Shown here piece after piece: positions 48,473 through 57,767 of a stretch of 64,000 nt of DNA. Position 1 is the first letter of the stretch; the number at the start of each line of letters is the position of its first letter. The notes under the pieces are model-generated. The model was not told where the DNA came from and searched no databases. It worked only from the letters and a program-made list of their open reading frames with translations. The DNA lies in assembly GCA_040414675.1 (NCBI GenBank), contig JBEDUN010000164.1, positions 3 through 64,002 on the forward strand, in the 5' to 3' direction. Made by a program: the position numbers and the translations under genes. Origin of the DNA: Nitrososphaeraceae archaeon. Lineage in GTDB: Archaea; Thermoproteota; Nitrososphaeria; Nitrososphaerales; Nitrososphaeraceae.

Positions 48473-48960
48473 ATTTCAAAATACTTTAACTAGGTCTAAC
48501 TATATATGATTCGGTTCCTTTCTCGTCCTTTATCTTATTGTCGATTCTTCTATTCGAGAGACGGTGTAAGATCAACAAACTATATCGTTGAATGTGACAT
48601 ATTCGACAATCTTGCTAGTGGGTGACTGAATTGATTCAATATTTCAATCAAGCTTTACGAACTATGGCTGAGTTTTACAGAATATTGAGTACGGAAGGTC
48701 CCTCGAAATAACAAGTACTACTGGTCTGGTATTTTTTAACAAGAATGCTACCTCATCATGCATGAACAATATCCACAACTAGAATCAATGATTTTAGTCC
48801 TATCTATAGCATAACTAATAGTGTGCACAAAGAAAAGGTTCCAATGCAATTCTGTGCACAAATCTTCATGGAATTTAATATTCAGATAGTCTGAGCTTAT
48901 TCCAAGCAGGCACTATCATTATATCATGATTATTCTCTTATTGTAAATATAGAACTAAAG

Positions 48961-49488
48961 ATGACAATTATCGGAAATAGTTATAGATGGCTCCATGGAA
49001 GATTTGCCAATAGGCCTACTAATTTCAGTTGGATAATTAGTTCCAAGCTAGCAGGGAGTGGCATCCCGATGAGTACGGCTCAACTTGATTGGGTTATCAA
49101 GAGTGGGATAAACGTGATTGTAACGGTCAGAGAAGTTCCTCTACCATCAAGATGGCTCGATCATATTAGAGCCAATTCTGTTACCTATCTGCACGTTAAC
49201 GTAAAGGACTATGGTGCTCCTTCCTTAGACGAACTAGATAAAACCGAGAAATATATCAGTCTCCAGATAGAAAATGGAAAATCAGTTATGGTTCATTGCG
49301 CAGCGGGTAAAGGCAGGACAGGTACTATACTCGCATCTTATTTACTTAAGGCGGATCCGGATATGACAGCTCATCAAGCAATTACGAAAATACGAAAACT
49401 GAGACCAGGTTCCGTGCAGTCTGAAACCCAGGAACAGGCAGTGGAAATGTATGAGAAATATTTGAAGAGTAGACGTGATTCTGACTAA
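48961..49488 (+). CDS. Dual-specificity (Cys-based) protein phosphatase
   Basis: VHCAAGKGRTG is the HCx5R P-loop. An upstream D (DYGAPS) serves as the general-acid loop. Confidence 0.85.
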   Translation: MTIIGNSYRWLHGRFANRPTNFSWIISSKLAGSGIPMSTAQLDWVIKSGINVIVTVREVPLPSRWLDHIRANSVTYLHVNVKDYGAPSLDELDKTEKYISLQIENGKSVMVHCAAGKGRTGTILASYLLKADPDMTAHQAITKIRKLRPGSVQSETQEQAVEMYEKYLKSRRDSD

Positions 49489-49691
49489 ATTCTATAAGTA
49501 TTGCAAATTCCTACCAAAGACTGTAACATTCTAAATGAATCCTGTGCACTGGGCAAGTACAATTTCGAACTTTATGATCACCCATGGATGCGCCAGAGGA
49601 ATACAAGATATATATCAACGGACAGATGGGTTCCTCTAAGCCCTAGACGTACTTTTTTATACCCATCGTTTCATATTCCAATTACAGAATT

Positions 49692-51047
49692 ATGGCTACC
49701 CAAGTTACGTCAGCCAAAAGAGGGGTCGTGACTCCTGAGATGATCCAGGTCGCAAAAGATGAAGACTTAAGTATAAATCTTCTAAAAAATGGGATATGCA
49801 ACGGCTCTATCATAATTCCACATAATACGGATAGACAGCAAAATGAAGTAAAGTATGTTGGAATAGGCCATGGTCTAAGGACAAAAGTCAATGTGAACAT
49901 TGGGACTTCGACTTTGTATCAAAACTTGGATGAAGAAATCTCTAAAGCAAAAGTAGCTGTAAAATATGGCGGGGACACGATTATGGATCTCTCAGACGGA
50001 GGAAATCTAGATTTGATTAGAGAAAAATTGCTCGAAGCTGCTCCTATCACTTTTGGCACAGTCCCAGTATACCAGGCTTATGCCCATGGAGTAGAAAAAT
50101 ACAAGAATCCACTTAATATCACTGCAGATGATTTCTTACGTGCATTTGAAAAACATGTTAAGGATGGCGTAGATTATACAACTATTCATTCTGGTATTAC
50201 GAAGGAATTAGCACAACGAGTGCTTAAGGTTGGAAGACATGGAGGAATAGTTTCAAAGGGAGGAACCATTACAGCGGCGTGGATGTTGAAATACGACAAA
50301 GAGAACCCATATTTTGAACATTTTGATTATATGTGTGAAATAGCAAGAAAATATGATGTAACCTTTAGTCTAGGAGATGCACTAAGACCAGGCTCGATAT
50401 TAGATTCTCATGACGAGCTGCAAGTTGCAGAGATGATCAATGTAGCAAGGTTGGCAAAGCGGGCTAAAGAATATGATGTTCAAGTGATGATCGAAGGTCC
50501 TGGACACGTACCGTTGAATGAAGTTGCAGCTAATGTGAGACTCGCAAAATCATTACTCGGTAACATTCCATATTATGTTTTAGGACCATTAGTCACGGAT
50601 ATAGCAGCAGGTTATGATCATATCGCAAGTGCAATAGGCGCTGCAATTTCTGCAGCTGAAGGAGTTGATCTTTTATGTTATTTGACCCCCTCCGAACATT
50701 TGGCTCTGCCAACGGCTGAAGAGGTTAAGGAAGGTCTGATTGCATATAGAATCGCGGGGCATGCGGGAGATTTGGTAAAGATTAGAGACAAGGCCATCAA
50801 ATGGGATATGGCAATCACCGAATCTAGGCGTACGCTAAATTGGGAAAAACAAATAGCTTTATCCATAAACCCTGAAGAAGCAGAAAGGATTCATACGAGA
50901 AGACAAGGCCAACATGAAGGGAATAATGTTCCTTGTACAATGTGCGGCTCCGCGTGTGTTTACATTATGTTGCCTCAACAAAGAAAGGAAATGCATCCTC
51001 GTCAAGATTCTGAGAAACCCGAAAATCCTAACGTAATCAAAATGTAA
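49692..51047 (+). CDS. thiC: Phosphomethylpyrimidine synthase
   Basis: 451 aa. Conserved blocks VNVNIGTS, GGDTIMDLS, TIHSG, VSKGG, MIEGPGH and CTMCGSAC. Confidence 0.95.
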   Translation: MATQVTSAKRGVVTPEMIQVAKDEDLSINLLKNGICNGSIIIPHNTDRQQNEVKYVGIGHGLRTKVNVNIGTSTLYQNLDEEISKAKVAVKYGGDTIMDLSDGGNLDLIREKLLEAAPITFGTVPVYQAYAHGVEKYKNPLNITADDFLRAFEKHVKDGVDYTTIHSGITKELAQRVLKVGRHGGIVSKGGTITAAWMLKYDKENPYFEHFDYMCEIARKYDVTFSLGDALRPGSILDSHDELQVAEMINVARLAKRAKEYDVQVMIEGPGHVPLNEVAANVRLAKSLLGNIPYYVLGPLVTDIAAGYDHIASAIGAAISAAEGVDLLCYLTPSEHLALPTAEEVKEGLIAYRIAGHAGDLVKIRDKAIKWDMAITESRRTLNWEKQIALSINPEEAERIHTRRQGQHEGNNVPCTMCGSACVYIMLPQQRKEMHPRQDSEKPENPNVIKM

Positions 51048-51392
51048 TTGAATCCCACTATCCAAGAGATTATTGCATTTAGTAGTTAAGTTGTAATACC
51101 AGAAAAGGGTATTGAAACAATAAACATATTCGATTTGATAATTTTTCAGTTATTGTTTATGTGTTATGAATTAGATTATAAGAATCGTAGATCATGTTGT
51201 AAACACGATCCTGATAGATGAATTGGACACATGTTTTACCTTATCTCCGTTTCAACTGAACTTTTAGGTCTCATTGCATTGCTTTTACAATACTTCTTTT
51301 CACGTTCTGAAGTGAAATTTCGACCTTGAATGATCGTATACCTCATCTAGTCCCACTCAGGTTGGCTTATATGTCAGTATGCAGTATTTATA

Positions 51393-51731
51393 GTGATATT
51401 TTTGGTTCAGAATAGTTTTCCCATGAAGGAATGGCATGTTTTACATATGGAAAAAACCGTTGTAAAGTTTGTACGTGGATTATCAGAAAATGCATCACTT
51501 TGGGAGAAAAGACAGCATAAGAGATATGGGACTGTTGCAAACTGCTGTCGCCAAATCGATTATGATATGAAACATGGCGTTACGCATGAACAGGTGTTAT
51601 CATTGCTTAATAAATTGCGACACCATGATTCCTATTCTGAAATTAGGGAAGTTGACGGCTTTTTAGAGAGACTAAATGAAATTGAAAAGCATTTTAGCCC
51701 TCAGAAAGAGAAAATCAATATATGGCACTGA
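51393..51731 (+). CDS. Hypothetical protein
   Basis: 112-aa ORF with no motif. The start is uncertain (an internal Met at MEKTVVKF is possible). Confidence 0.4.
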   Translation: MIFLVQNSFPMKEWHVLHMEKTVVKFVRGLSENASLWEKRQHKRYGTVANCCRQIDYDMKHGVTHEQVLSLLNKLRHHDSYSEIREVDGFLERLNEIEKHFSPQKEKINIWH

Positions 51732-51838
51732 ACCAAGGCTCATTAGCTCAGTAGCATAAGCTATTGTATCTAGATACTATTATTATATCTGATCTGTAAA
51801 TAAACTTCTTTCAGAAGAATACTCTAATCTACGGCATT

Positions 51839-52096
51839 TCAAGATCTAGATTTGCTTCTCGCAAACCAAAGTTGGGTATGGCAGTTGTGAGTACTCATCT
51901 GCACTAGTATCATACCTGTGATTTTCTTTATCTTCTGCAAAGCTTTCATATCCGCAAAAAAATCATTTGTGTTAAATATCAAAAATTCTTTGTTAGTATC
52001 TGAAATGTATTCGAAACCACAATCTTTTGTACAATCTAATATGTGCCATATCCACTCTTCACATTCATCTATTGCCAGCATTCTAGCTGCACACAT
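51839..52096 (-). CDS. Hypothetical small Cys-rich protein
   Basis: 85-aa ORF, competing with an antisense 64-aa ORF. No motif. Confidence 0.3.
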   Translation of the reverse strand: MCAARMLAIDECEEWIWHILDCTKDCGFEYISDTNKEFLIFNTNDFFADMKALQKIKKITGMILVQMSTHNCHTQLWFARSKSRS

Positions 52097-52337
52097 CCTA
52101 GCCAGTACTTAACTAAGTTTATAACTAATAAGGTTATTCTATTTCACAGATTGTTGCGAATTCCTCGGCTAAATCTAACTTGTTGAACTCGTACTGTGCA
52201 CAGAATTGCGCCTTCTTGCGAATCAAATTGATAGAACTAAATGGAAACTAGATGGTTTGACTAAAAGAGCCTGAACTAGTAGTATCATTAGTCGTTGTTA
52301 ATCCTTTGCTATGAAAAACCTGAAATGACAAAAGTAT

Positions 52338-53132
52338 ATGTATAATATTCGTTTTCTCCTCTCATATTTGTTGGAACAAATTGCTGAAATCATACAGAAT
52401 TTTTTCACTCATGAAATACAAAAGAGAAGGGCAACTGGGGTTGTTATTGGTGTAAGTGGAGGTGTAGATTCATCAGTTGTTGCTGCATTGGCCGTAAAGG
52501 CTCTTAGCTCTACCTCAGTTATGGGAATTATCCTGCCAGAAGAAGGCGTAACACCGAAGGAAGACCTGGAAGATGCATTGGATCTCGCTAATCAATTAGC
52601 TTTGCCATACAAACTCATCGATATAAGCAAAATAAAACAGGAAATGACAAGGTATTTACCTTTAGATCAAATGGCACAGGGGAACCTCGCTGCGAGAATT
52701 CGAATGTGTATTCTATACTTTTTTGCATCCAACAAAAAAATGCTTGTAGCAGGTACCACAGATAAGAGCGAATTGAAACTTGGCTACTACACTAAGTATG
52801 GGGATGGATCAGCTGATATCCTACCCATCGCGGATTTGTATAAAACTCAAGTGCGGGAAATGGCTCAATATTTAGCCATTCCTGACAGAATAATTAACAA
52901 GGTCAGCAGACCAGGATTATGGATCAAGCATACCGCGGAAGGAGAAATTGGTTTATCTTTTGCAGTGGTAGATGGCATTCTTAAGGATTTAGAAAATGAA
53001 AATTTCGATAGAAGTAAGTATCTTAACAAGGATGTTAAAAGAATTCACGAACTGATGCAGAAAAATAAACATAAATCGGAAATGCCTACAATTTGCAAGA
53101 TCGAAAGTAGGTTCAATCTTTCAGTAAAGTGA
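52338..53132 (+). CDS. nadE: NH3-dependent NAD+ synthetase
   Basis: GVSGGVDSSV PP-loop, then GTTDKSELKLGYYTKYGDG. Confidence 0.9.
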   Translation: MYNIRFLLSYLLEQIAEIIQNFFTHEIQKRRATGVVIGVSGGVDSSVVAALAVKALSSTSVMGIILPEEGVTPKEDLEDALDLANQLALPYKLIDISKIKQEMTRYLPLDQMAQGNLAARIRMCILYFFASNKKMLVAGTTDKSELKLGYYTKYGDGSADILPIADLYKTQVREMAQYLAIPDRIINKVSRPGLWIKHTAEGEIGLSFAVVDGILKDLENENFDRSKYLNKDVKRIHELMQKNKHKSEMPTICKIESRFNLSVK

Positions 53133-53146
53133 AGGGGAGTAAATTT

Positions 53147-53866
53147 TTACTGTTGAGTTGTTGTATTTCGAGTTTGATTGTCTTCCTCTGGACTAATAGT
53201 ACTGAGCCCAATTACTATACTACTTGTATTGAGAAGTATTTGCTTAATGTTAGTGGGATTGTATAATACGATATCGGTAACTACTTTCGTTGAATTACTA
53301 TTCAAAGTCTGCCCAGCCCCGGAATTCGGAGGTATGTCAAGATAATAAAGGCACATGTAGCCTGGCTTTGACATTTCTTTTAAGACTTGTAGCGATGACG
53401 GTCTGAGTACAGGGATCTTGCCTGTGTATATCTTAAGCGTGGGTTTGGATTCTGTATCACATGGAAGCTTTGCAGTAATATGTCCCCTTGTGATTTTGTA
53501 GGGCATACTATCATAAATATGGATATAATCTTTGGGTGGCAAGACTTGATTCGAAAGTAGGATGGTGTTCGAATCTCCGATTAAATTCTTTTCATTTTGG
53601 GTACTATTTTGTTTAGTACCTCCAGCAGTACTATTGTTATTTTTAACTTCACCAAACACAGATGCCATCAATGATTTTGGTGATACATACGAATCCAGAG
53701 TTGATTGACTCAACTTATTGTTCAATTCACCAATCGGTCCTTTTGACAAATCATTTGTCTGGCCTTGAGCTGCGGCGCTAAACATGATATGAGAAAGTAT
53801 TATAAGAAACACGATTTGAATACTGAAAGAGATTTTCAAATAGTTGAATTTGCCCCATGTATTCAT
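53147..53866 (-). CDS. Secreted hypothetical protein (signal peptide, N/S/T-rich)
   Basis: 239 aa. N-terminal IVFLIILSHIMFSAAAQG signal-like segment. Confidence 0.6.
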   Translation of the reverse strand: MNTWGKFNYLKISFSIQIVFLIILSHIMFSAAAQGQTNDLSKGPIGELNNKLSQSTLDSYVSPKSLMASVFGEVKNNNSTAGGTKQNSTQNEKNLIGDSNTILLSNQVLPPKDYIHIYDSMPYKITRGHITAKLPCDTESKPTLKIYTGKIPVLRPSSLQVLKEMSKPGYMCLYYLDIPPNSGAGQTLNSNSTKVVTDIVLYNPTNIKQILLNTSSIVIGLSTISPEEDNQTRNTTTQQ

Positions 53867-54071
53867 CTCAATTGATGATCGTGAATCCTTTAAAAAAATA
53901 ATGAGTTATTTTTTATTGATATTTATCTCATATACTTTAAGTTATTGCAATGTCTACATACACGACTGATACCCGTCGTCCAATGGTGAATTTTTGATTC
54001 AAAGCCTTATTTTAAAACATCCTATACCAGAGGAAAAGTGTTCTAGATCGATGGTCAGTAAATTTAGCTAC

Positions 54072-54683
54072 TCACTTTAATTCGTAAAGAGCTACAGATA
54101 ATTTCAAAACCATTTTTTCGTCTGTGTTTTCCGCTATAGGAACCAAATATTTCAGTGTCTCCTCCTTGTATCTATTCATCTGGTATTTGTGAAATGTACT
54201 TTTAAGTGATCTGATGTTATCTAGACGATCAGCTAGTTTTATATATCTGACAGATTTTGAACCTTTTGCAATTTCTTGGAAATACTTCCCCAAAATGTCT
54301 CCTTTATCTTGATCAGTGTCGTGAAGTATGGGCCTAGTGACTGTGGATACTGTATTATAAACATCATCGCCGAATTCTGATCTTATTATTTCTTTACTGT
54401 CCACCTGTCTGCTCAATTTTTTTTCCAGTATGTCATGGAGGAGTGCAGCACAAATCAAATCCACGTCAAAAAGCTTAAGTTCTTCTGTCAGAATAAGTGC
54501 AACTCTCAAGGAATGATTGATATGCGGCTCGATTTTTCCACTATTTCGATATTGTCCAGCATGAGCTTTCATGGCTAGACTGAATGCTTTGGTTATCTTT
54601 GTCAAATCGAAGATTGTATTTTCATACGGTTTGAGTAGGGTAGAAAATCCTGATTTTGTAAACTCGTTTATATTCCATTTCAT
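54072..54683 (-). CDS. HD-domain hydrolase of the RelA/SpoT (Mesh1/SAH-like) type
   Basis: AFSLAMKAHAGQYRNSGKIEPHINHSLRVALILTEELKLFDVDLICAALLHDILE follows the SpoT-hydrolase pattern (A...AH.GQ.R..G.PYI.H...VA.IL.....D......AALLHD..ED). Later KLADRLDN also fits. Confidence 0.7.
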   Translation of the reverse strand: MKWNINEFTKSGFSTLLKPYENTIFDLTKITKAFSLAMKAHAGQYRNSGKIEPHINHSLRVALILTEELKLFDVDLICAALLHDILEKKLSRQVDSKEIIRSEFGDDVYNTVSTVTRPILHDTDQDKGDILGKYFQEIAKGSKSVRYIKLADRLDNIRSLKSTFHKYQMNRYKEETLKYLVPIAENTDEKMVLKLSVALYELK

Positions 54684-54799
54684 TCTGGTCTAAGCGTAAA
54701 TAGTGGTCCTTGATATTATTCGTTATTGGACCTATTTGCACTTGCGTTCCTCCAAAAGTTTCGTGTAGATATAGAAGCATTATTCTAGATTTTGAAATG

Positions 54800-55567
54800 T
54801 TATTCTGGCTTATTGTAACTTCGGCTTTGATTAATTATTTCCTTATAACCGTCATCAAATTCATTCTTGACAATCTTGAAGGATTTAAAAAATTGCTGAT
54901 CGCTAGTCAGCATCTTGTTCAATAACCTGAAATTTTGAGTATTATTAGATGAGGTATTCGGAGTTGTTTGTACAGATTCTTCATGTTTGAATTCTCCTTT
55001 ATTCGACGACAATGCTATCCTCACTAACATTATTTTTGATTGCCAGTCCAATTCGTATTCCAGCATTTTTTTTAAATCTTCAGAAAATGGAGCATTGGAA
55101 TTTTTTGAACTCTTTAATAAATTAAATACATTTCTACAGCATATTCTAAGATATTGAGTGATATCGGCAGACAACATGGGAAAATATTCTCTAATACTAT
55201 TGGGATCAAAATATGAATACAGAAGGATTCTTAAAAGTGGATTCTCTTGATATCTTAGCAAAAGTAGATTAGAATAGTTCTGCATATTTATGAAGATATA
55301 CAACAAGCAGCAAGTTGTCAATTCGTATGAGGTCCCATCACGCAGTAGGTTTTCGTTTTTCTTCTCAATGAGCCCATTTTTAATTAATTTCATTAAAAGA
55401 GGACCCTCATCGAAATCAAATTTGTCACGTTTAAGTTTGAAATATGAGGATATTTTTTTCTTAGAATATGATGATTTGATCACCTTGATTAGAACCACTT
55501 TTTCTCTTTCTGATAATTCGATAGTATCACATTTACTTAAGTCGTCCAAGAACGTGGTGATGTCCAT
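54800..55567 (-). CDS. Hypothetical protein (possible N-terminal wHTH)
   Basis: 255-aa ORF with no family recognised. The antisense ORFs are K/F-rich shadows. Confidence 0.55.
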   Translation of the reverse strand: MDITTFLDDLSKCDTIELSEREKVVLIKVIKSSYSKKKISSYFKLKRDKFDFDEGPLLMKLIKNGLIEKKNENLLRDGTSYELTTCCLLYIFINMQNYSNLLLLRYQENPLLRILLYSYFDPNSIREYFPMLSADITQYLRICCRNVFNLLKSSKNSNAPFSEDLKKMLEYELDWQSKIMLVRIALSSNKGEFKHEESVQTTPNTSSNNTQNFRLLNKMLTSDQQFFKSFKIVKNEFDDGYKEIINQSRSYNKPE

Positions 55568-55874
55568 GGTTTGTTTCCTTAAGTAATCTTAAGACAAAGA
55601 TGTTAATATTAACCACTCAGGTCCTAACAGCGTCGACAAGCTATCTATATGTTATAAGATGAATTCAATTCACGGAAGTGATCTCGAAGTAACTATACCG
55701 AAAATCTAATTATTAGAGATAACGCATCCAGAAGACCAAAATATCTCTTTATAAACTACCAAACTGAATCTGGTAGACTCACTACTAGATGTATATACAT
55801 TCCTTGTTCCGGTTCGATTCAATCCTAATTAGAATTTTCGTAGCCGCCTTTGTGCAACATCCTATACAGTATAA

Positions 55875-56564
55875 ATGAAGGGTTTGTTAATATGCTGGTC
55901 TATGAAGTTAAGGGAGTACAAGGTAAATCCCGCCTTGATCGTGATCGACGTTCAGAATGGCTTTGTTAGCAAGGGTGGATCATACGATCTACTAAAGATG
56001 GATACCAGTAATTACAGGAACGTTATTCCCACTATCCGCAAGCTAATAGAGGCATGTAGGTCATATCGTCTTCCGATATTCTATACTCAAGCAGTTCGCG
56101 AGTCATCCGGGATAGATTTACTTACAAAAACCCATAAAATATTGCCTAGGTCTAGAGAAGAAAGAATAAAAAAGCGACCTATCTGTGTCAGAGGTAGTTG
56201 GGATGCGGAAATAGTTGATGAAATTAGACCTTCGCAAGCAGATCATATTGTGTTGAAAAGAAGAGATTCTGCATTTCACGACACAGAGATAGCTGTTTGG
56301 CTGAGGAGTTTGAGCGTTAATACAATCATCTTTTGCGGTATCGATACATCGATTTGTGTTGAGACCTCGCTTAGAGATGCATTTAATTTAGGATATGATG
56401 TGGTCCTAATCTCAGATGCAACTGCTTCAAGTAACGAAAAGCACTATGAATCAACATTAGAAAATGTTAAAGGATACTACGGGCTAGTCATGGATCTCGC
56501 AGAACTCATCAGTCACCTGGATTCAAGCAATTCTAATTCGACCAACAATAAAAAGAGAATCTAA
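55875..56564 (+). CDS. Isochorismatase-family cysteine hydrolase
   Basis: ALIVIDVQNGF (Asp), LKRRDSAF (Lys context) and GIDTSICVETS (Cys) form the catalytic triad contexts. The true start is likely the Met at MKLREYK. Confidence 0.85.
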   Translation: MKGLLICWSMKLREYKVNPALIVIDVQNGFVSKGGSYDLLKMDTSNYRNVIPTIRKLIEACRSYRLPIFYTQAVRESSGIDLLTKTHKILPRSREERIKKRPICVRGSWDAEIVDEIRPSQADHIVLKRRDSAFHDTEIAVWLRSLSVNTIIFCGIDTSICVETSLRDAFNLGYDVVLISDATASSNEKHYESTLENVKGYYGLVMDLAELISHLDSSNSNSTNNKKRI

Positions 56565-56588
56565 GACAACCTTACAGGTCGTTTGTAA

Positions 56589-57710
56589 TTATATCACACC
56601 TGCCTCTCGAAGTTTTTGGGGTAGGTAATTCTCTGCCAGATAGCGGAATCCATGTTTGAAAAATGCATCCAATTCGCATTTTTCTTTTCGTTGGATAAAG
56701 AGATTCAGTTCCTTCTGCCATTGCCTATCTTTAAGCCATGGCTTCTTTTTCATATCATTAGCTCGATTAAGATCCTCTTCTGAAGCGGCCAGTCTTGCCA
56801 CCTCTGGAATATTATAGTCATAAATGTCTGAAAACATCATTCCTAACACCTTCGCATCCGGTGTAACTAACCGCTCGCTATCATAGCTCAATGATTCACT
56901 TCCAATCTTGTATCTCAACGCAATTCCTAGACCCCACGGGTCAGCGTCTGCAAATATAACTACAGGTTTTTTCCATTCTTGATTCAGTGCTCTCACCATC
57001 ATTCTGGTTGCACGGTCAGGTTCTCCTGATCCAGTCATCAATATTGCATTATATTTTTGTATAAATCCAGATTTTCGGATATTGTTAAGTACTGTATCTT
57101 TTTCAACAACCATAACAAAGTCAGCCTGAACATTAACTATTTCCAAATCTCGAATATTAGTAGGGACAAGCTGTGAAGTTGCTCTACTTCCCAGATTGCA
57201 ATCAATGAGGTCCCCTCCAACACGTAAGGTGATAGGTCCAGAAATCATTCCCTTTGGTTTGGATGTAACTGAAAATTCTTCTCTGGGAACTCCAGTTATC
57301 AATTCGATGGCCTTGATGGCATCATCTGAATTATCTTGTGTGTTCCAAAATTTTTGCTTATTTTTTTCATCTCCGACAGTGCTAAGTGTGGCGTAGTACA
57401 TTCCTCTAATAGTGCTCTCCATCTCTTCATCTAAGAGTTTCCTTACTGCGTTTGCCATCACGATATATTGTGAGAACGTTGGAATCTTCTTAGTATTCTC
57501 TGGACTAATCTGTACAGTTTTATTACCAATGGTAAGCATCCTTTTCTCATCAGACCAAATTGTATTATCATATCCGACTTTTGCTATATCTAAGACAGGC
57601 AGGGCCTTATCAGAAATGATATTCCTACTTACATCCGACATCATTAATTTAATCCTCTTAATTACTTCCTGATGCCGTTTATCTCTAGTGGGCATATTTA
57701 GATTCAGCAC
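56589..57710 (-). CDS. top6A: DNA topoisomerase VI subunit A (Spo11 homolog)
   Basis: IRGMYYA (catalytic Tyr region), VVEKD, TGSGEPDRATR and ADADPWG (Toprim) motifs. Confidence 0.95.
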   Translation of the reverse strand: MLNLNMPTRDKRHQEVIKRIKLMMSDVSRNIISDKALPVLDIAKVGYDNTIWSDEKRMLTIGNKTVQISPENTKKIPTFSQYIVMANAVRKLLDEEMESTIRGMYYATLSTVGDEKNKQKFWNTQDNSDDAIKAIELITGVPREEFSVTSKPKGMISGPITLRVGGDLIDCNLGSRATSQLVPTNIRDLEIVNVQADFVMVVEKDTVLNNIRKSGFIQKYNAILMTGSGEPDRATRMMVRALNQEWKKPVVIFADADPWGLGIALRYKIGSESLSYDSERLVTPDAKVLGMMFSDIYDYNIPEVARLAASEEDLNRANDMKKKPWLKDRQWQKELNLFIQRKEKCELDAFFKHGFRYLAENYLPQKLREAGVI

Positions 57711-57767
57711 TCCTGAATTGTACGTTACTCAAGTTGTATAGCCTTTCCGATACTGAGTGATATGTAA

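Noticed and set aside
49489-49691. A possible TPP riboswitch upstream of thiC
   Set aside because: I looked for the conserved CUGAGA ... ACCUGAUC ... core and found neither element in the 200-nt leader. There is no supporting helix pattern.
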